DNA from: Candidatus Nanohaloarchaea archaeon
GTDB lineage: Archaea > Nanohalarchaeota > Nanosalinia > Nanosalinales > Nanosalinaceae
Assembly (NCBI GenBank): GCA_013343275.1
Contig: CP046106.1
Location: 96,001-160,000 of the forward strand
Reading direction: 5' to 3'
Length of the DNA stretch: 64,000 nt
The number at the start of each line of letters is the position of its first letter. Within the stretch, counting starts at the first letter, position 1. The notes beneath the pieces are model-generated. The model saw only the letters and a list, made by a program, of their open reading frames with translations, did no database searches and was not told the DNA's origin. Shown piece after piece: positions 1 to 10,374 of this stretch. Both the position numbers and the translations under genes were made by a program.

Positions 1-634
1 TGGACTCCATTGAGCGGCCTCTGACCAGTCCCTGGTCTACAGCTTTCTCGTATAGTCGGGCTGTCTCTTCGTGGACTGATTCAGGCAGGTTGAGGTTTGA
101 GATCATGGAGTTTAGCTCGGATAGGGCGAATCCAAGGTTGCGGTCCTTTGACTTAGTCAGTCTCTTGTGCCATTTTCTCAGGCGGTAGTACTGAGCTCTC
201 TTGTTTCCAGATACTTTGTAGAGCTCTCCGGATCCTTTTCCGATCTCTGTGGAGACTCCCATGTCGTGTTTCGTATATGTTAGTGGCTGTCCTGCACGGG
301 CCTTTTTCTCTTTTTCTTCAGCGTTGAATGCTCTCCATTCTGCGGATTCGTCGATCCTGTCTTCGTCAATCACGAAACCACATTCGATACAGATAAGCTC
401 ACCCTTCGAGGAGTCTTCCTCGAACCTCTGGGAGCCACATTCGGGACATGTAAGTACTGTTTCGCCTTCTTCGGCTTCTTCCTGTACTACCTCATATCCT
501 TCCTCGCCTTCGACCTCTTCCTCGGCCTCGGCGCCTTCTGCTTCCTGTTCCTCTGTTTCTTCATCTTCCTCCCATTCTTCTGGGACCTCGTAATTATCAA
601 ACTGCCTTCGTGGAATGTTGCCATCTTCCGTCAT
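1..634 (-). CDS. tfb: Transcription initiation factor IIB, paralog 1 (runs off window start; long acidic N-terminal extension)
   Basis: Manual translation from ATG at 634: MTEDGNIPRR...CPECGS...GELICIECG...EWRAF...LRKWHKRL...RNLGFALSEL...ETARLYEKA...RGRS (Zn ribbon, B-reader, first cyclin repeat). Not in the ORF track. Confidence 0.95.
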   Translation of the reverse strand, partial: MTEDGNIPRRQFDNYEVPEEWEEDEETEEQEAEGAEAEEEVEGEEGYEVVQEEAEEGETVLTCPECGSQRFEEDSSKGELICIECGFVIDEDRIDESAEWRAFNAEEKEKKARAGQPLTYTKHDMGVSTEIGKGSGELYKVSGNKRAQYYRLRKWHKRLTKSKDRNLGFALSELNSMISNLNLPESVHEETARLYEKAVDQGLVRGRSMES

Positions 635-767
635 TTTTATTTACACCTAAACAAGGACTATGGGAAGGCCAAATTTTTTATAACTTAGCCTCTCTGGTTT
701 TATCTTCCAGTAGTAACACTCCGCGCGTAAGGGAGGCTAGATAATTTAACAGTCCTTCTGTTATAAC

Positions 768-1838
768 TTGGATATGGATGAGGAAAAGCTCCGAACACAG
801 AGAGAGACGCTGGTAGTCGCCGGCCTACTCCTTGTTGGAAGCCTTTTCATCCTGTACCCGTTCCTGGACTCCATACTTATGGCGGTAGTTGTCTCCTATC
901 TGCTGAAGTTCGCACATGATTGGGTCAATGGCTACCTGAAAAATGACCTGCTCTCATCAATTACCGTTATCTCGGCAGTTATATCTACTATATCAATGGG
1001 CCTGTACCTCTTCCTGAACAACTTCTTCGTGATACTATCAGAGGTGGAGGAGTTCTCAGGCCAGCTCAGTAACCTGGTAACTAACTTGGTGATGTTCCTT
1101 AACCTCTCGCCCTCTTTCCAGCAGAACCTTCAGGACTTCATAGACCAGATGTCAAGCGAAGTATCGAACATGTTAATACAGATGTTTGTCTCCGCACCAT
1201 CACTTCTAGTTGATCTAGGTATATTCTTCGTAACAGCAATCTTCCTCTACCGAGACAGAGCCAAGCTCGGCAACCAGATCAAGGGAATACTGGATGAGAT
1301 GCCTAGGCCTGAAGAGAAAATACTGAGATCGCTACTCCATTCTATCGACAAGATCTTCCGGGGAGTATTCATGACCCAGATAATAGTAGCAGTAATACTT
1401 GGAATCGCAACAGGTATAGGCCTCTACCTGATCGCACTTCTGACATCGCCAATACCGCTAATCCCTCTATGGGCCTTCCTTGTAGGCGTAGCAGCTCTAC
1501 TCCCGCTTGTAGCAGCATTCATGTTCTATGTGCCGATAGGAGGATACTACATAATGGTCGGGCAGCCTTTCAAAGGAACTCTGATAATAGTATTCGGAAT
1601 ACTGGCGCTTAACGTAATGACGGAAATATTCCTCAGACCTTACATCGGGTCCAAACAGATGGAGGAACACCCGCTGGTAGTATTCCTTGGTTTCCTAGCA
1701 GGCCCTCTAGTACTCGGTCTCAAAGGGCTTATAATCGGTCCTCTGCTGCTGATTCTGACAAAAGAATTTGTCCTGGACTACGCTAATCTAGTTTCCGACG
1801 AACCTGCTGGCATCCACAGTACCGACACGGAGGACTAG
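768..1838 (+). CDS. AI-2E (PerM) family transporter
   Basis: Multi-TM protein with LRPYIG...HPLVVFLGFLAG...GLIIGPLL signature. Confidence 0.85.
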   Translation: MDMDEEKLRTQRETLVVAGLLLVGSLFILYPFLDSILMAVVVSYLLKFAHDWVNGYLKNDLLSSITVISAVISTISMGLYLFLNNFFVILSEVEEFSGQLSNLVTNLVMFLNLSPSFQQNLQDFIDQMSSEVSNMLIQMFVSAPSLLVDLGIFFVTAIFLYRDRAKLGNQIKGILDEMPRPEEKILRSLLHSIDKIFRGVFMTQIIVAVILGIATGIGLYLIALLTSPIPLIPLWAFLVGVAALLPLVAAFMFYVPIGGYYIMVGQPFKGTLIIVFGILALNVMTEIFLRPYIGSKQMEEHPLVVFLGFLAGPLVLGLKGLIIGPLLLILTKEFVLDYANLVSDEPAGIHSTDTED

Positions 1839-2229
1839 AAATCTCTCTACCACAGTTACTGCATACAGTTTTCCACTCCAGTTTCTCATCAATTCTGTCC
1901 TCAAGAAAACCTTCAACATCGGCACCCAGGTGGAGACCTAGATTCTGAAGATCCTTGTCATCGGTAACCAGTGCCTGATCAAGTGTAAGAGCCAGTGCCA
2001 ACAGTTTCTCATCGGTATCCGAGGTAGCGGCCTCTATCTTTTCAGACCTCTCCTGAACCTTCTCAAATATCTCCGGATCAGGCTGCGAAACCTGAAGGTC
2101 CAGCAGGTCGGCCTTCATACTGGCCTCACTGCTCTTCATCTCCTCCATCACTTCGGGAACTGTGTAGGCCTTCTTGAATCTCTGGTCGGCCCTGCCATGA
2201 ATGATTACGTTGGCATCGACAACTACCAT
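1783..2229 (-). CDS. nob1: Nob1-like PIN endonuclease with C-terminal Zn ribbon
   Basis: VVVDANVII, SDTD, LVTDDKDLQN and CSNCG...CRYCG; start placed at ATG 2229. Confidence 0.85.
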   Translation of the reverse strand: MVVVDANVIIHGRADQRFKKAYTVPEVMEEMKSSEASMKADLLDLQVSQPDPEIFEKVQERSEKIEAATSDTDEKLLALALTLDQALVTDDKDLQNLGLHLGADVEGFLEDRIDEKLEWKTVCSNCGREISSPPCRYCGCQQVRRKLD

Positions 2230-2294
2230 ATGGAACTCTGAAAGACCTATCCTTATTAAAAAATATTTTGAACATGGTTTACCTGTGATTAACA

Positions 2295-2492
2295 ATGAGT
2301 CTACCTAACGCACCAGTCGAACGAATAATTAGAAATGCAGGCGCAGAAAGAGTTTCAGAAGATGCAGTTGAAGAACTAAAAGACGCTCTCGAAGATCTAG
2401 GAGAGGAAATTGCTTCTGATGCAAACGAAGTCGCCGACCACGCAGGAAGAAACACAATCAAAAAAGAAGATATCGATCTAGCTACTCGGTGA
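2295..2492 (+). CDS. Archaeal histone (HMf family)
   Basis: LPNAPVERIIRNAGAERVSEDA...HAGRNTIKKEDIDLA histone fold. Confidence 0.95.
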   Translation: MSLPNAPVERIIRNAGAERVSEDAVEELKDALEDLGEEIASDANEVADHAGRNTIKKEDIDLATR

Positions 2493-2497
2493 AATAA

Positions 2498-2881
2498 ATG
2501 CCGAGACAGATTGAAGCATCCAAGGTAAACAGCGGAACATACATCATGCTGGACGGAGAGCCATGTGAAGTAAGAAGCATGAGCAAGTCCAGCCCCGGAA
2601 AACACGGATCCGCAAAGTGTAAGATCAAGGCCAGAGGAGTGTTCGACGACAAAGACCGGCACGTAACCAAGCCAGGGGACGCAATGCTGATGTCTCCAGA
2701 CGTCGACAAGAAGATTGGCCAGGTTGTATCCCGTGAAGGAGATATTGCACAGGTAATGGATATGGATACCTACGAGACGGAGGAGATGGAACTACCTGAA
2801 GACCTCAACGCTGGAGAAGGCGACGAGATCGAGTACTGGGTCATTGACGACCGAAAGCTTGTGAAAGGTCTCAACAAGTAA
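2498..2881 (+). CDS. eif5a: Translation factor aIF5A
   Basis: Hypusination loop SSPGKHGSAK. Confidence 0.95.
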   Translation: MPRQIEASKVNSGTYIMLDGEPCEVRSMSKSSPGKHGSAKCKIKARGVFDDKDRHVTKPGDAMLMSPDVDKKIGQVVSREGDIAQVMDMDTYETEEMELPEDLNAGEGDEIEYWVIDDRKLVKGLNK

Positions 2882-2959
2882 GAGAACTTTCTCCTAGCTC
2901 ACATATTCCTGCCCTTCTTTTTCTTAACTAAATTAAATGAAGAACCCGCAACTCTCTAT

Positions 2960-4318
2960 ATGAACTGGGAAAGACTGAGAGAAAAAATACTGGAGGAAAA
3001 CTATCCGACAGAAGAAGAGTTCCAGAAAATACAGGAACTGTATGACAAAATATCAGGGTTCATTGAGGAAGAGTACGGCCTGGAGACTCATTTCGCTGGG
3101 TCAGCAGGCAGGAAGACATGTATGGCTGGCGACAAAGATATAGATCTATTTGTTCTCTTCCCTGAAGACACTGAGAGACATGAACTGGAGCAGAAAGGCC
3201 TGGAAGTTGGAAAGAAGACTTTCGAAAACTTTAACGCAGACTACCATGTAGAATACGCAGAACATCCATACAGTAAAGGCCGTATCGAAGGTGTGGAGGT
3301 CGAGATAGTACCGTGCTTCGATACAGATCCTGAAGACATACGGAGTGCTGTAGACAGGACTCCACATCACTCTCGCTGGGCAAGGGAAAACCTGGATGAA
3401 GAACAGAGAAAAGAGGCAGTACTTCTCAAGAAGTTCCTCAAGACCCAAGGCCTCTACGGTTCGTCTCTCAAGAGGAGAGGGTTCTCCGGATATCTATGTG
3501 AAATACTAATATCGGAGTTCGGTGATTTCAGAAGTCTGCTGGAAAGCGCTGAGGACTGGCCTGAAAGAAAGCTGCTTGACCCGGAAGACTATCATCCAGA
3601 GGGCCTTTCTCAGGAGCTGGAGAGCAAGTTTTCAGGCGATAATCTGGTGGTTGTAGATCCTGTTGATCCTGAGAGAAATGTGGCCGCAGTACTGTCAACC
3701 CAGAACTACGCAGAGTTCATACATGAGGCCTGGAAGTTCAACAAACAGCCCGGGATAGATTTCTTCCAGGAGGCCGAGCCTGATTACGAGAGGTTTGAGC
3801 TTGAGCAGGAGATCAAGGATAGAGGTGATTTCCTCGTGATCGAGTTCGACAGCCCTGAAGAAGTTGATGACGTAGTGTACCCGCAGATGAGGAAGGCAGT
3901 CTCCCGTCTGAAGTCCAAGCTGCAGAAGAACGATTTCCGTCTGTTTGAATCCGGGTTCTACGTTGGAGATGAGGAGACACGGGTCTTCTTCGAACTAGAC
4001 CAGCATCTGCCTGCTGTCGAAGAACTGAAAGGCCCTAGAGTCTTCCACGGAAAAGATCACATGGAGCAGTTCACCTCAAAGTACGATAACACGTTTATCC
4101 AGGGTGACAGGCTGGTTGCAAAGACGGAAAGAGAGTACACTGATGCGAGAAATCTGCTGAAGGACTTTATCTCACGTGAAAGGGATGAACTGAAGGAGGA
4201 TGGTATTCCGAACTATGTGGCTGAGAAGATGGAGGAGGCCAGGTTCACTGAGCCAGTCATTGAAGACGATAAATGGTTAAACTATTTGGCCGAAAAACTA
4301 CACGTGATCGATCAATGA
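2960..4318 (+). CDS. cca: CCA-adding enzyme (class I)
   Basis: GSAGRKT..DIDLF, YAEHPY, SAVDRTPHH, GFSGYLCEILI, DPVDPERNVAA. Confidence 0.95.
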   Translation: MNWERLREKILEENYPTEEEFQKIQELYDKISGFIEEEYGLETHFAGSAGRKTCMAGDKDIDLFVLFPEDTERHELEQKGLEVGKKTFENFNADYHVEYAEHPYSKGRIEGVEVEIVPCFDTDPEDIRSAVDRTPHHSRWARENLDEEQRKEAVLLKKFLKTQGLYGSSLKRRGFSGYLCEILISEFGDFRSLLESAEDWPERKLLDPEDYHPEGLSQELESKFSGDNLVVVDPVDPERNVAAVLSTQNYAEFIHEAWKFNKQPGIDFFQEAEPDYERFELEQEIKDRGDFLVIEFDSPEEVDDVVYPQMRKAVSRLKSKLQKNDFRLFESGFYVGDEETRVFFELDQHLPAVEELKGPRVFHGKDHMEQFTSKYDNTFIQGDRLVAKTEREYTDARNLLKDFISRERDELKEDGIPNYVAEKMEEARFTEPVIEDDKWLNYLAEKLHVIDQ

Positions 4319-4893
4319 GCAGCGTAAATATTGTAGTAGGACTTTCAGGAGTTGGAAAATCAACAGTACTTGAAGAAGCCATGCTTCTCGCAGATGAGGA
4401 ATATGAAGTAATCAACTACGGCGACAGAATGCTTGAAACCGCCAAGCAGCAAGGCCTGGTAGATACCCGAGATGAGATGAAAGACATTGGAGTTGAGAAG
4501 TACAAGGAGATTCAGAAGGATGCTGCAGAATCAATAGTAGATGATGCGGAGGAAGCTGAAGATGGAAACGTAATTGTAGACACTCATGCAGCAATCAAAA
4601 CACCTTACGGCTACATTCCAGGTCTACCGAAATGGACTGTTGAGAACCTTGATCCCGAGAAAATAATTATACTGGATGCTTCCGCAGAGGAGCTCTACAG
4701 GAGAAGCCAGAAGGATGAAGACAGGGATAGAGAGCACGATGATGTAGAGGACATAGAAGAGTACAGACAGGTCGCCAGAGAAATGGCCTCAGCAGGTTCT
4801 GTACTTACCGGAGCATACCTCAAAGTCATAGAGAACAAGAAAGGAAAGGCTCAGCAGGCAGCAAGAGATCTTATCGACACTCTTAACGCCTAA
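4315..4893 (+). CDS. adkA: Archaeal adenylate kinase
   Basis: GLSGVGKST, NYGD, VDTHAAIKTPYGYIPGLP; ATGA overlap with the cca stop. Confidence 0.95.
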   Translation: MSSVNIVVGLSGVGKSTVLEEAMLLADEEYEVINYGDRMLETAKQQGLVDTRDEMKDIGVEKYKEIQKDAAESIVDDAEEAEDGNVIVDTHAAIKTPYGYIPGLPKWTVENLDPEKIIILDASAEELYRRSQKDEDRDREHDDVEDIEEYRQVAREMASAGSVLTGAYLKVIENKKGKAQQAARDLIDTLNA

Positions 4894-4903
4894 TTCTTTC
4901 CAC

Positions 4904-5599
4904 TTAATTCTCTTTATCTTTTCCTTTCTCCAGGTAGTACTTCGGACTTACGACGATCAGGTAGGTAGCTACAACTGCTGATGTGAATCTGCCAAGTACG
5001 AAACCTATGAGACCCAGAGTCTGCAGTACGCCGCTGGAGGCTGCTGAAAGGCCGAAAAGAAGGAAGGAGAACAGCAGTAGCGCTGTGACTTCACGGCTGT
5101 TCTGTGAGGAGAAACTGGCGGATTCCCGGAAGCTCTCTATAACCCCGTTCCGGATCAAGGTTATCGGCAGGAAGTACGTGGCAAAACCTGTAGCTAGAAT
5201 CAGGAGCAGTGAGAGAGAACCTCCGATTACAAGGCCTGCGATATTTCTATTCATTATGTAGAGCGCTGTGCCGAGTACTGTAGGTAGGGCTGCAACTGCT
5301 GCTGCAGCGAAGAACACGAGCGTCGAGAGGAATATATCATCGGCCTTTCTAAGGGTTGTCTGAAAGCCTTCTATCAGCCCGGACCTGTTCTCCACCATGT
5401 ATGCTACCATGACTGGTACGAAGAGGCCCATGAATATGATGAAAGGTGCCGTGGCCAGGTAGAGATTGGTTTTCAGGTTGGAGAGTATGTAGATAAACCA
5501 GGCCGTGCTTATCCCGGTCGATATGAACCGGGGCACGAAGTAGACAGGCCTTTCCCTCAGCTCCTGAAAGCTTTCCTCCAGTATTTCTATCAGTCTCAC
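4904..5599 (-). CDS. Integral membrane protein, unknown function
   Basis: About six hydrophobic segments. Confidence 0.7.
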   Translation of the reverse strand: MRLIEILEESFQELRERPVYFVPRFISTGISTAWFIYILSNLKTNLYLATAPFIIFMGLFVPVMVAYMVENRSGLIEGFQTTLRKADDIFLSTLVFFAAAAVAALPTVLGTALYIMNRNIAGLVIGGSLSLLLILATGFATYFLPITLIRNGVIESFRESASFSSQNSREVTALLLFSFLLFGLSAASSGVLQTLGLIGFVLGRFTSAVVATYLIVVSPKYYLEKGKDKEN

Positions 5600-5778
5600 A
5601 TCATAGACTGTTAACCGGACACTCGAAAAAGGTTTGCCTGCTCAAAAAACACTTGTTTCAAATGAAAACAAAAGAAGTGTATTTATTGTCTCGTGACAAC
5701 GATTAATGGCTGTGAGGGCCTCGATTCTAATTTAACGGGTGGAAAAGGTTAATAATAGTTACAACCCCTACTGGGATT

Positions 5779-6060
5779 ATGGCAAGCCTCTGGGATTTAG
5801 GAAAGAGTTCTAAGGAGAAGCTTGCCGATGAATGGGAAGATGACGGAGTGCTCGAGGATAAAGTTAACGAGCACCGTCACAAGTTTGAGGATCAGTTCCA
5901 AGAAAACATGGATGACGAAGTACCGACACATCCATACAAGATTTACCGTGAAATAGTGGAATCCAACGAATTAACGGATGAAGAGCGCGTAGCTCTTGAA
6001 CAGATGAAGGACGAGTTCTCCGAAAGATGGCAGGAACTCAAGAATACTCACTCCAACTAG
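5779..6060 (+). CDS. Hypothetical acidic protein
   Basis: Host-like codon use, AT-rich upstream region, hairpin downstream. Confidence 0.65.
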   Translation: MASLWDLGKSSKEKLADEWEDDGVLEDKVNEHRHKFEDQFQENMDDEVPTHPYKIYREIVESNELTDEERVALEQMKDEFSERWQELKNTHSN

Positions 6061-6073
6061 AAATTCATCGGCA

Positions 6074-6115
6074 GTAGCTCTCCAGGGGAGGGGACTACCC
6101 GTCTTTTTATTTTTC
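6074..6115 (+). terminator. Hairpin plus U-tract between convergent genes
   Basis: GTAGCTCTCC-AGG-GGAGGGACTAC followed by TCTTTTTATTTTT. Confidence 0.45.
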
Positions 6116-6124
6116 CCAATGATT

Positions 6125-7735
6125 TTACTCCAAATACTTGACCATGTAAGGCCCTTCCTTCTCGTATCCCATCTTCCTGTAGTACTCGCGGGTACCTACT
6201 GCCGAAATCACGACAACCTTCCTCTTCCCAAGCTCACGGGCCTTTTCCTCCGCATTCTCCATTAACTTCCGGCCGTAACCCTGGTGCTGGGTATCGGAAC
6301 CTTCCTCGCCGATACTGGTGGCCGAGCCCATAACCTTCAGCTGCCTGACAATCAAAGTATCTTCATCTATCTCAGACCTGAAGCTTTCAGGAGTAGTCCT
6401 CAATCTGGAGAAACCTAGAATAATATCGTTCTCGGTATCCTCGAAGCTGGCAAAGTATTCGTGGCCTTCAGAGGCCTCGTAATCTCTTTCAACTAGCTCT
6501 ATATTTTCTTCCTGAGGCTCGAGATCGTGGTTCTTCTTGACGTGGCCAACCTCTCTCGCTCTGATATTTCTGGATCTCTCATCGTTCTCCCATAGCTCCT
6601 GTAAAGCCATCTGCCGCATGTTTGTCAGCTGAGGGCCTGCGTCAACCTCTGTAGAAGGGATATCACGCATGACGCGTTTGACTCTGACGTGTGGAGGGAT
6701 ATGGTCTCTAAGTATCTCTTTTAATCGGTCCTTGGCCTCATCGTCGTCGATAGGCTCGAACTCTCCCTCCTCGTACTGCCTGTAAAGCTCGGTACCCTGA
6801 ATTACCTCGCAGGGATAGATCTTGACTTCGTCAGGCTGGTAATCTGCATTCGAGAAAGTTTCCTTGAACTTCTCGATGTCTTCCTCGTAGCCTTCGCCGG
6901 GCAGGCCGAGCATAAGGTGGTATGCAACCTTGAAACCTGCATTCTTCAAACGTTTCGTAGCCTCGATTACCGGTTCCATGCCGTGGCCTCTATTGGTAAT
7001 CTCATGGGTCTCATCGAATACTGTCTGGACACCCATCTCTACACGTGTACCGCCCATCTCAAGAATCCTATCGATATGCTTGGTCTCAGCAATATCAGGC
7101 CTTGTCTCGAAAGTTACTCCTACATTCCTGACATCTGCGGTCTCGTTAATCTTCTTCGCTTCCTCCAGAGAATCTGCTCCTTCAAACTCGTCAGGATCGT
7201 CGATCTCTTCTTTGTCTTTGTATGTGTTCAGGCCGTCGAACGCTCTCTTGATGAACTCTTTCTGGTAGTCCGGGTCCTGGAACGGGAAGGTTCCGCCCAT
7301 GATAATTAGTTTGGATTTGTCGATGCTGTGGCCGTTTTTCTCGTACTGTCCCAGTCTGTCGTGCGTCTGCTTGAAAGGGTCGTACTGGTTTCTGATAGCT
7401 CTCCGGGTGGCTGGCTCCTTGCCTGTGTAACTCTGTGGCGCGTCCTTTCCTTTAGGACAGTAAATACATCCTCCACCACAGGGGGCAGGCCTTGCCATGA
7501 TCGCAACGTTCGCGATACCGGAGAGGGTTCTCGTAGGCTTAGTCAAAAGGACTTTCTTGGCCTTTTCCTCGTCGTCATCTACGAACTCTAGTATATCCGA
7601 GTTTTTCGGGAGGCCTGGGAAACTCAGTTCTGAGCATAGCTGTTTCTTCCGGGTCTCTACATCGTCTTTATCCTCTATTTCGCCGGCCTCTATCTCCTCG
7701 ATAATCTTTCTTGAGAGCTGTTTTAAGTCAGACAT
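6125..7735 (-). CDS. elp3: Elp3 tRNA U34 acetyltransferase (radical SAM plus GNAT)
   Basis: CGGGCIYCP, QSYTGKEPA, ETRPD, QHQGYGRKLM, SAVGTREYYRK. Confidence 0.95.
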   Translation of the reverse strand: MSDLKQLSRKIIEEIEAGEIEDKDDVETRKKQLCSELSFPGLPKNSDILEFVDDDEEKAKKVLLTKPTRTLSGIANVAIMARPAPCGGGCIYCPKGKDAPQSYTGKEPATRRAIRNQYDPFKQTHDRLGQYEKNGHSIDKSKLIIMGGTFPFQDPDYQKEFIKRAFDGLNTYKDKEEIDDPDEFEGADSLEEAKKINETADVRNVGVTFETRPDIAETKHIDRILEMGGTRVEMGVQTVFDETHEITNRGHGMEPVIEATKRLKNAGFKVAYHLMLGLPGEGYEEDIEKFKETFSNADYQPDEVKIYPCEVIQGTELYRQYEEGEFEPIDDDEAKDRLKEILRDHIPPHVRVKRVMRDIPSTEVDAGPQLTNMRQMALQELWENDERSRNIRAREVGHVKKNHDLEPQEENIELVERDYEASEGHEYFASFEDTENDIILGFSRLRTTPESFRSEIDEDTLIVRQLKVMGSATSIGEEGSDTQHQGYGRKLMENAEEKARELGKRKVVVISAVGTREYYRKMGYEKEGPYMVKYLE

Positions 7736-7802
7736 ATTCAGGTATACAGGTTGAAAAGTTAAAAAGAAAAGTTAAAAGAAAACCACAGTCGCAACAGTAA
7801 AC

Positions 7803-8666
7803 ATGAAGAGAAAAATAGCAGTACTTCTAACCGCTTTTCTGATAATTTCAACAGGCCTTGCATCCGCATTCTCACTGAGTTCTATATTTGAGCCAACAGG
7901 ACAGGCCGCTGTAATACAGCTTTCTGGCAGTATAACTCCCACGGCTTCAGGTTTCAGCTCAGGGATAACGCCGGAAAAGGTAAGGACTCTGAACGACAAG
8001 GCCCGTCAGAGAAATGTAGATGCAGTTGTGTACGAGATAAACTCTGGCGGCGGTGCGGTAGTGGCCTCGAAGGAGATAATGCGTGCAATAGAATCTATGG
8101 AGGTTCCTACGGTCTGCCGTTTCCGGGATGTAGGGGCTTCTGGAGCATACATGGCAGCTCTCGGCTGCGACAGGGTAGTGGCAGATTCTGCTACTTTAAC
8201 CGGCAGTATCGGTGTTAAAAGCTCTTACCTGCAGTACACAGGCCTGATGGATAAACTGGGTCTGAAATACGTCAATATCACTTCTGGAGAATACAAGGAT
8301 CTTGGTTCTCCGTATCAGAATGCATCTGAAAGGGAGAAACAGATGTTGCAGGCGAAGGCCGATAAAATCCATAGAGAGTTCTACAGAATGGTGGATGAGG
8401 AGAGAAATCTTACTGAGGTCCAGCTTGAAGAAGTGAAGACTGGAGAGCCGTTCCTTGGTTCGAAGGCTAAGGAACTCGGTCTTGTAGATAGGCTTGGAGG
8501 GCGACAGACTGCTTACAGTGTTGCAGAGAATCTTACGGACATGAAGCTCCGTTTTACTAAGATTGAAACTGAGTCAAGCTTCAGCTTTTTCTCCTTGCTA
8601 GGAGCCAGTATTGCGGACAGTTTTCTCAGCTCCGATAGCTCTGCGTTTGAATCTGAGTTCCGCTAG
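7803..8666 (+). CDS. sppA: Signal peptide peptidase (S49)
   Basis: INSGGGAV, GASGAY, LTGSIGV, LGLVDRLG. Confidence 0.9.
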   Translation: MKRKIAVLLTAFLIISTGLASAFSLSSIFEPTGQAAVIQLSGSITPTASGFSSGITPEKVRTLNDKARQRNVDAVVYEINSGGGAVVASKEIMRAIESMEVPTVCRFRDVGASGAYMAALGCDRVVADSATLTGSIGVKSSYLQYTGLMDKLGLKYVNITSGEYKDLGSPYQNASEREKQMLQAKADKIHREFYRMVDEERNLTEVQLEEVKTGEPFLGSKAKELGLVDRLGGRQTAYSVAENLTDMKLRFTKIETESSFSFFSLLGASIADSFLSSDSSAFESEFR

Positions 8667-8695
8667 AAACAGAGAAAAGTAAAAAAGAGGGTATG

Positions 8696-9544
8696 TTATT
8701 CAGGTCTCTTAGGGCCTTCAGGCCCTTCTGGCTCCTCTGAGTGGTGCCATAGAACGTCGAACATTGGGCTGAGGGTTTCCTCGGCCATGTGATCGCTCTT
8801 GGACCAGAAAGCTGTTTCCTGAGTGTTGTGGACTTCGTCGTGAGTCATCGACATTGTGAGTGCATCGTCGTCGACAACTGCAAACCTTCCGTTTGGAATA
8901 TCGAACTCGTCCTTGTCCTGTAGATGCCTGACTTCGGCAAACTCTCGCAGGTCCTCGACTACATCGGCGTTCTCCTCTGTGACTGGTGCAAGAACTTTCA
9001 CATTAACACCGTTCTCCCTGGCTTCTTTCAGCAGGTTGTAATGGTTATCTCTTAGATCTTTGAGCCCTTCTTCAGAAGTAAGGATCTTGATACTATCATC
9101 AGCTTCCTGGAACATTGTTCCAACATGCTGATCGATCTGATGCTTGCCTTTAAGCGATCCAGACATCTCTGCAGGTTCTACAAGGTCGAGACCCTGATCG
9201 TAGAGCTCTTCAAGCTCCTCTACAGCTTCTGAATCCTTGAAGCCATCCAGTTTTCCAAGCTTCTCTTCCAGCTCCTGCCTGTGCTGTTTCTTGATATTCT
9301 CTATTGCCTGGTTCGGTGGTATGGCAACGTATTCCATGGGTTTGCTTGACTTTATGACGGCGAAACCTTTCTCGGCCAGAGACTCTAAAACATCATAAGC
9401 ACGTGAACGTGGAACATTAGTCATCTCAGATAGTTCACCGGCCGTAGAAACTCCTCTGCCCAGTAGAGCAGAGTAAATCTTTCGCTCGTACATGTTCAGC
9501 CCTATATCTTCAAGGGCGTCCAGTGTGTCTTGACTTGCGACCAT
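8696..9544 (-). CDS. trmB: TrmB family transcriptional regulator
   Basis: GLNMYE..YSALL, VPRSRAYDVLESLAEKG wHTH plus PLD-like C-terminal domain. Confidence 0.9.
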   Translation of the reverse strand: MVASQDTLDALEDIGLNMYERKIYSALLGRGVSTAGELSEMTNVPRSRAYDVLESLAEKGFAVIKSSKPMEYVAIPPNQAIENIKKQHRQELEEKLGKLDGFKDSEAVEELEELYDQGLDLVEPAEMSGSLKGKHQIDQHVGTMFQEADDSIKILTSEEGLKDLRDNHYNLLKEARENGVNVKVLAPVTEENADVVEDLREFAEVRHLQDKDEFDIPNGRFAVVDDDALTMSMTHDEVHNTQETAFWSKSDHMAEETLSPMFDVLWHHSEEPEGPEGPKRPE

Positions 9545-9672
9545 TTGTATTTACACCTAAGTAACGGTTGCTTGAAGGCAGTTATAAACCTTTTCGGCTC
9601 GTTTCCCTGTGTGGTAAATACACAGTCCGATCAGGTTTTATTATGCTCTAGTAATTAAACAGAGCTGAAAGT

Positions 9673-10317
9673 TTATAAAACCTTTCTCAACTTACGTCGT
9701 AGCTTGTCTTTCAGGCCTTTAGCCTTCTTTCCGTAGATCCTCTTCTCCTCCTTCACACCTTTCCACTCGAGGCCTTCGAAAGCACTCTGGATCTGACGAC
9801 CGTAACTATCGTAGTAACATCTCTGGTTCAACCTGAACTTGTGCTCGCTGGTATGAGGGTTGTCGGTATAACCGATGGAAACAGCCATTAAAGGTACTTT
9901 ACTCTCAGGAACCTCGAACTTCTGGGCTACCATCTCCTCATCGAAACCAGATACAAGTATCGAGGCCAGGTCGTTCTCGTTTGCAACCAGCCTCATATTC
10001 TGTACAGAGAAAGCAGCCTCGGCCATACACGCCTTCCGGGCCTCAGAGCTTCCTACTCTCTTCCTCATCCGTGGAATATCGGCGACCACAAGAATAGTTG
10101 TAGGTGCCTTAGTAATCTTCTTATTTCCAGTAGAGTCCTCAAGCTTCTCCAGAGCATCATCGCTCTCAATTACGATGAACTCCAGGCACTGAACGTTTCC
10201 TGGCGAAGGAGCGTATCTGCCGGCCTCAAGTATCTTGCCTACAGTTTTCCGTGGAATGGTCTCATCTCTGCATTTTTCAAAAGTCTTCAGATTCAGGGCA
10301 GACTCGAAGGTAGACAT
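9673..10317 (-). CDS. Nitroreductase family protein
   Basis: LEAGRYAPSPGNVQ, QNMRLVA, IGY. Confidence 0.85.
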   Translation of the reverse strand: MSTFESALNLKTFEKCRDETIPRKTVGKILEAGRYAPSPGNVQCLEFIVIESDDALEKLEDSTGNKKITKAPTTILVVADIPRMRKRVGSSEARKACMAEAAFSVQNMRLVANENDLASILVSGFDEEMVAQKFEVPESKVPLMAVSIGYTDNPHTSEHKFRLNQRCYYDSYGRQIQSAFEGLEWKGVKEEKRIYGKKAKGLKDKLRRKLRKVL

Positions 10318-10374
10318 TACAATAACAAACTGCGAGAGCATACGGTTTAAACCTTCAGGTGGCAAAATCTAGAT

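Noticed and set aside
249-593. Ser-rich plus-strand ORF, and the many similar antisense ORFs in the track
   Set aside because: Shadow of acidic genes on the opposite strand (here tfb); Ser/Phe/Leu-rich translations are the expected antisense of Glu/Lys/Asp codons
638-650. TATTTACACCTAA shared upstream of tfb and trmB (about 9548) as a regulator site
   Set aside because: On the coding strand it reads TTAGGTGTAAATA, the AGGTG Shine-Dalgarno motif seen before many genes here
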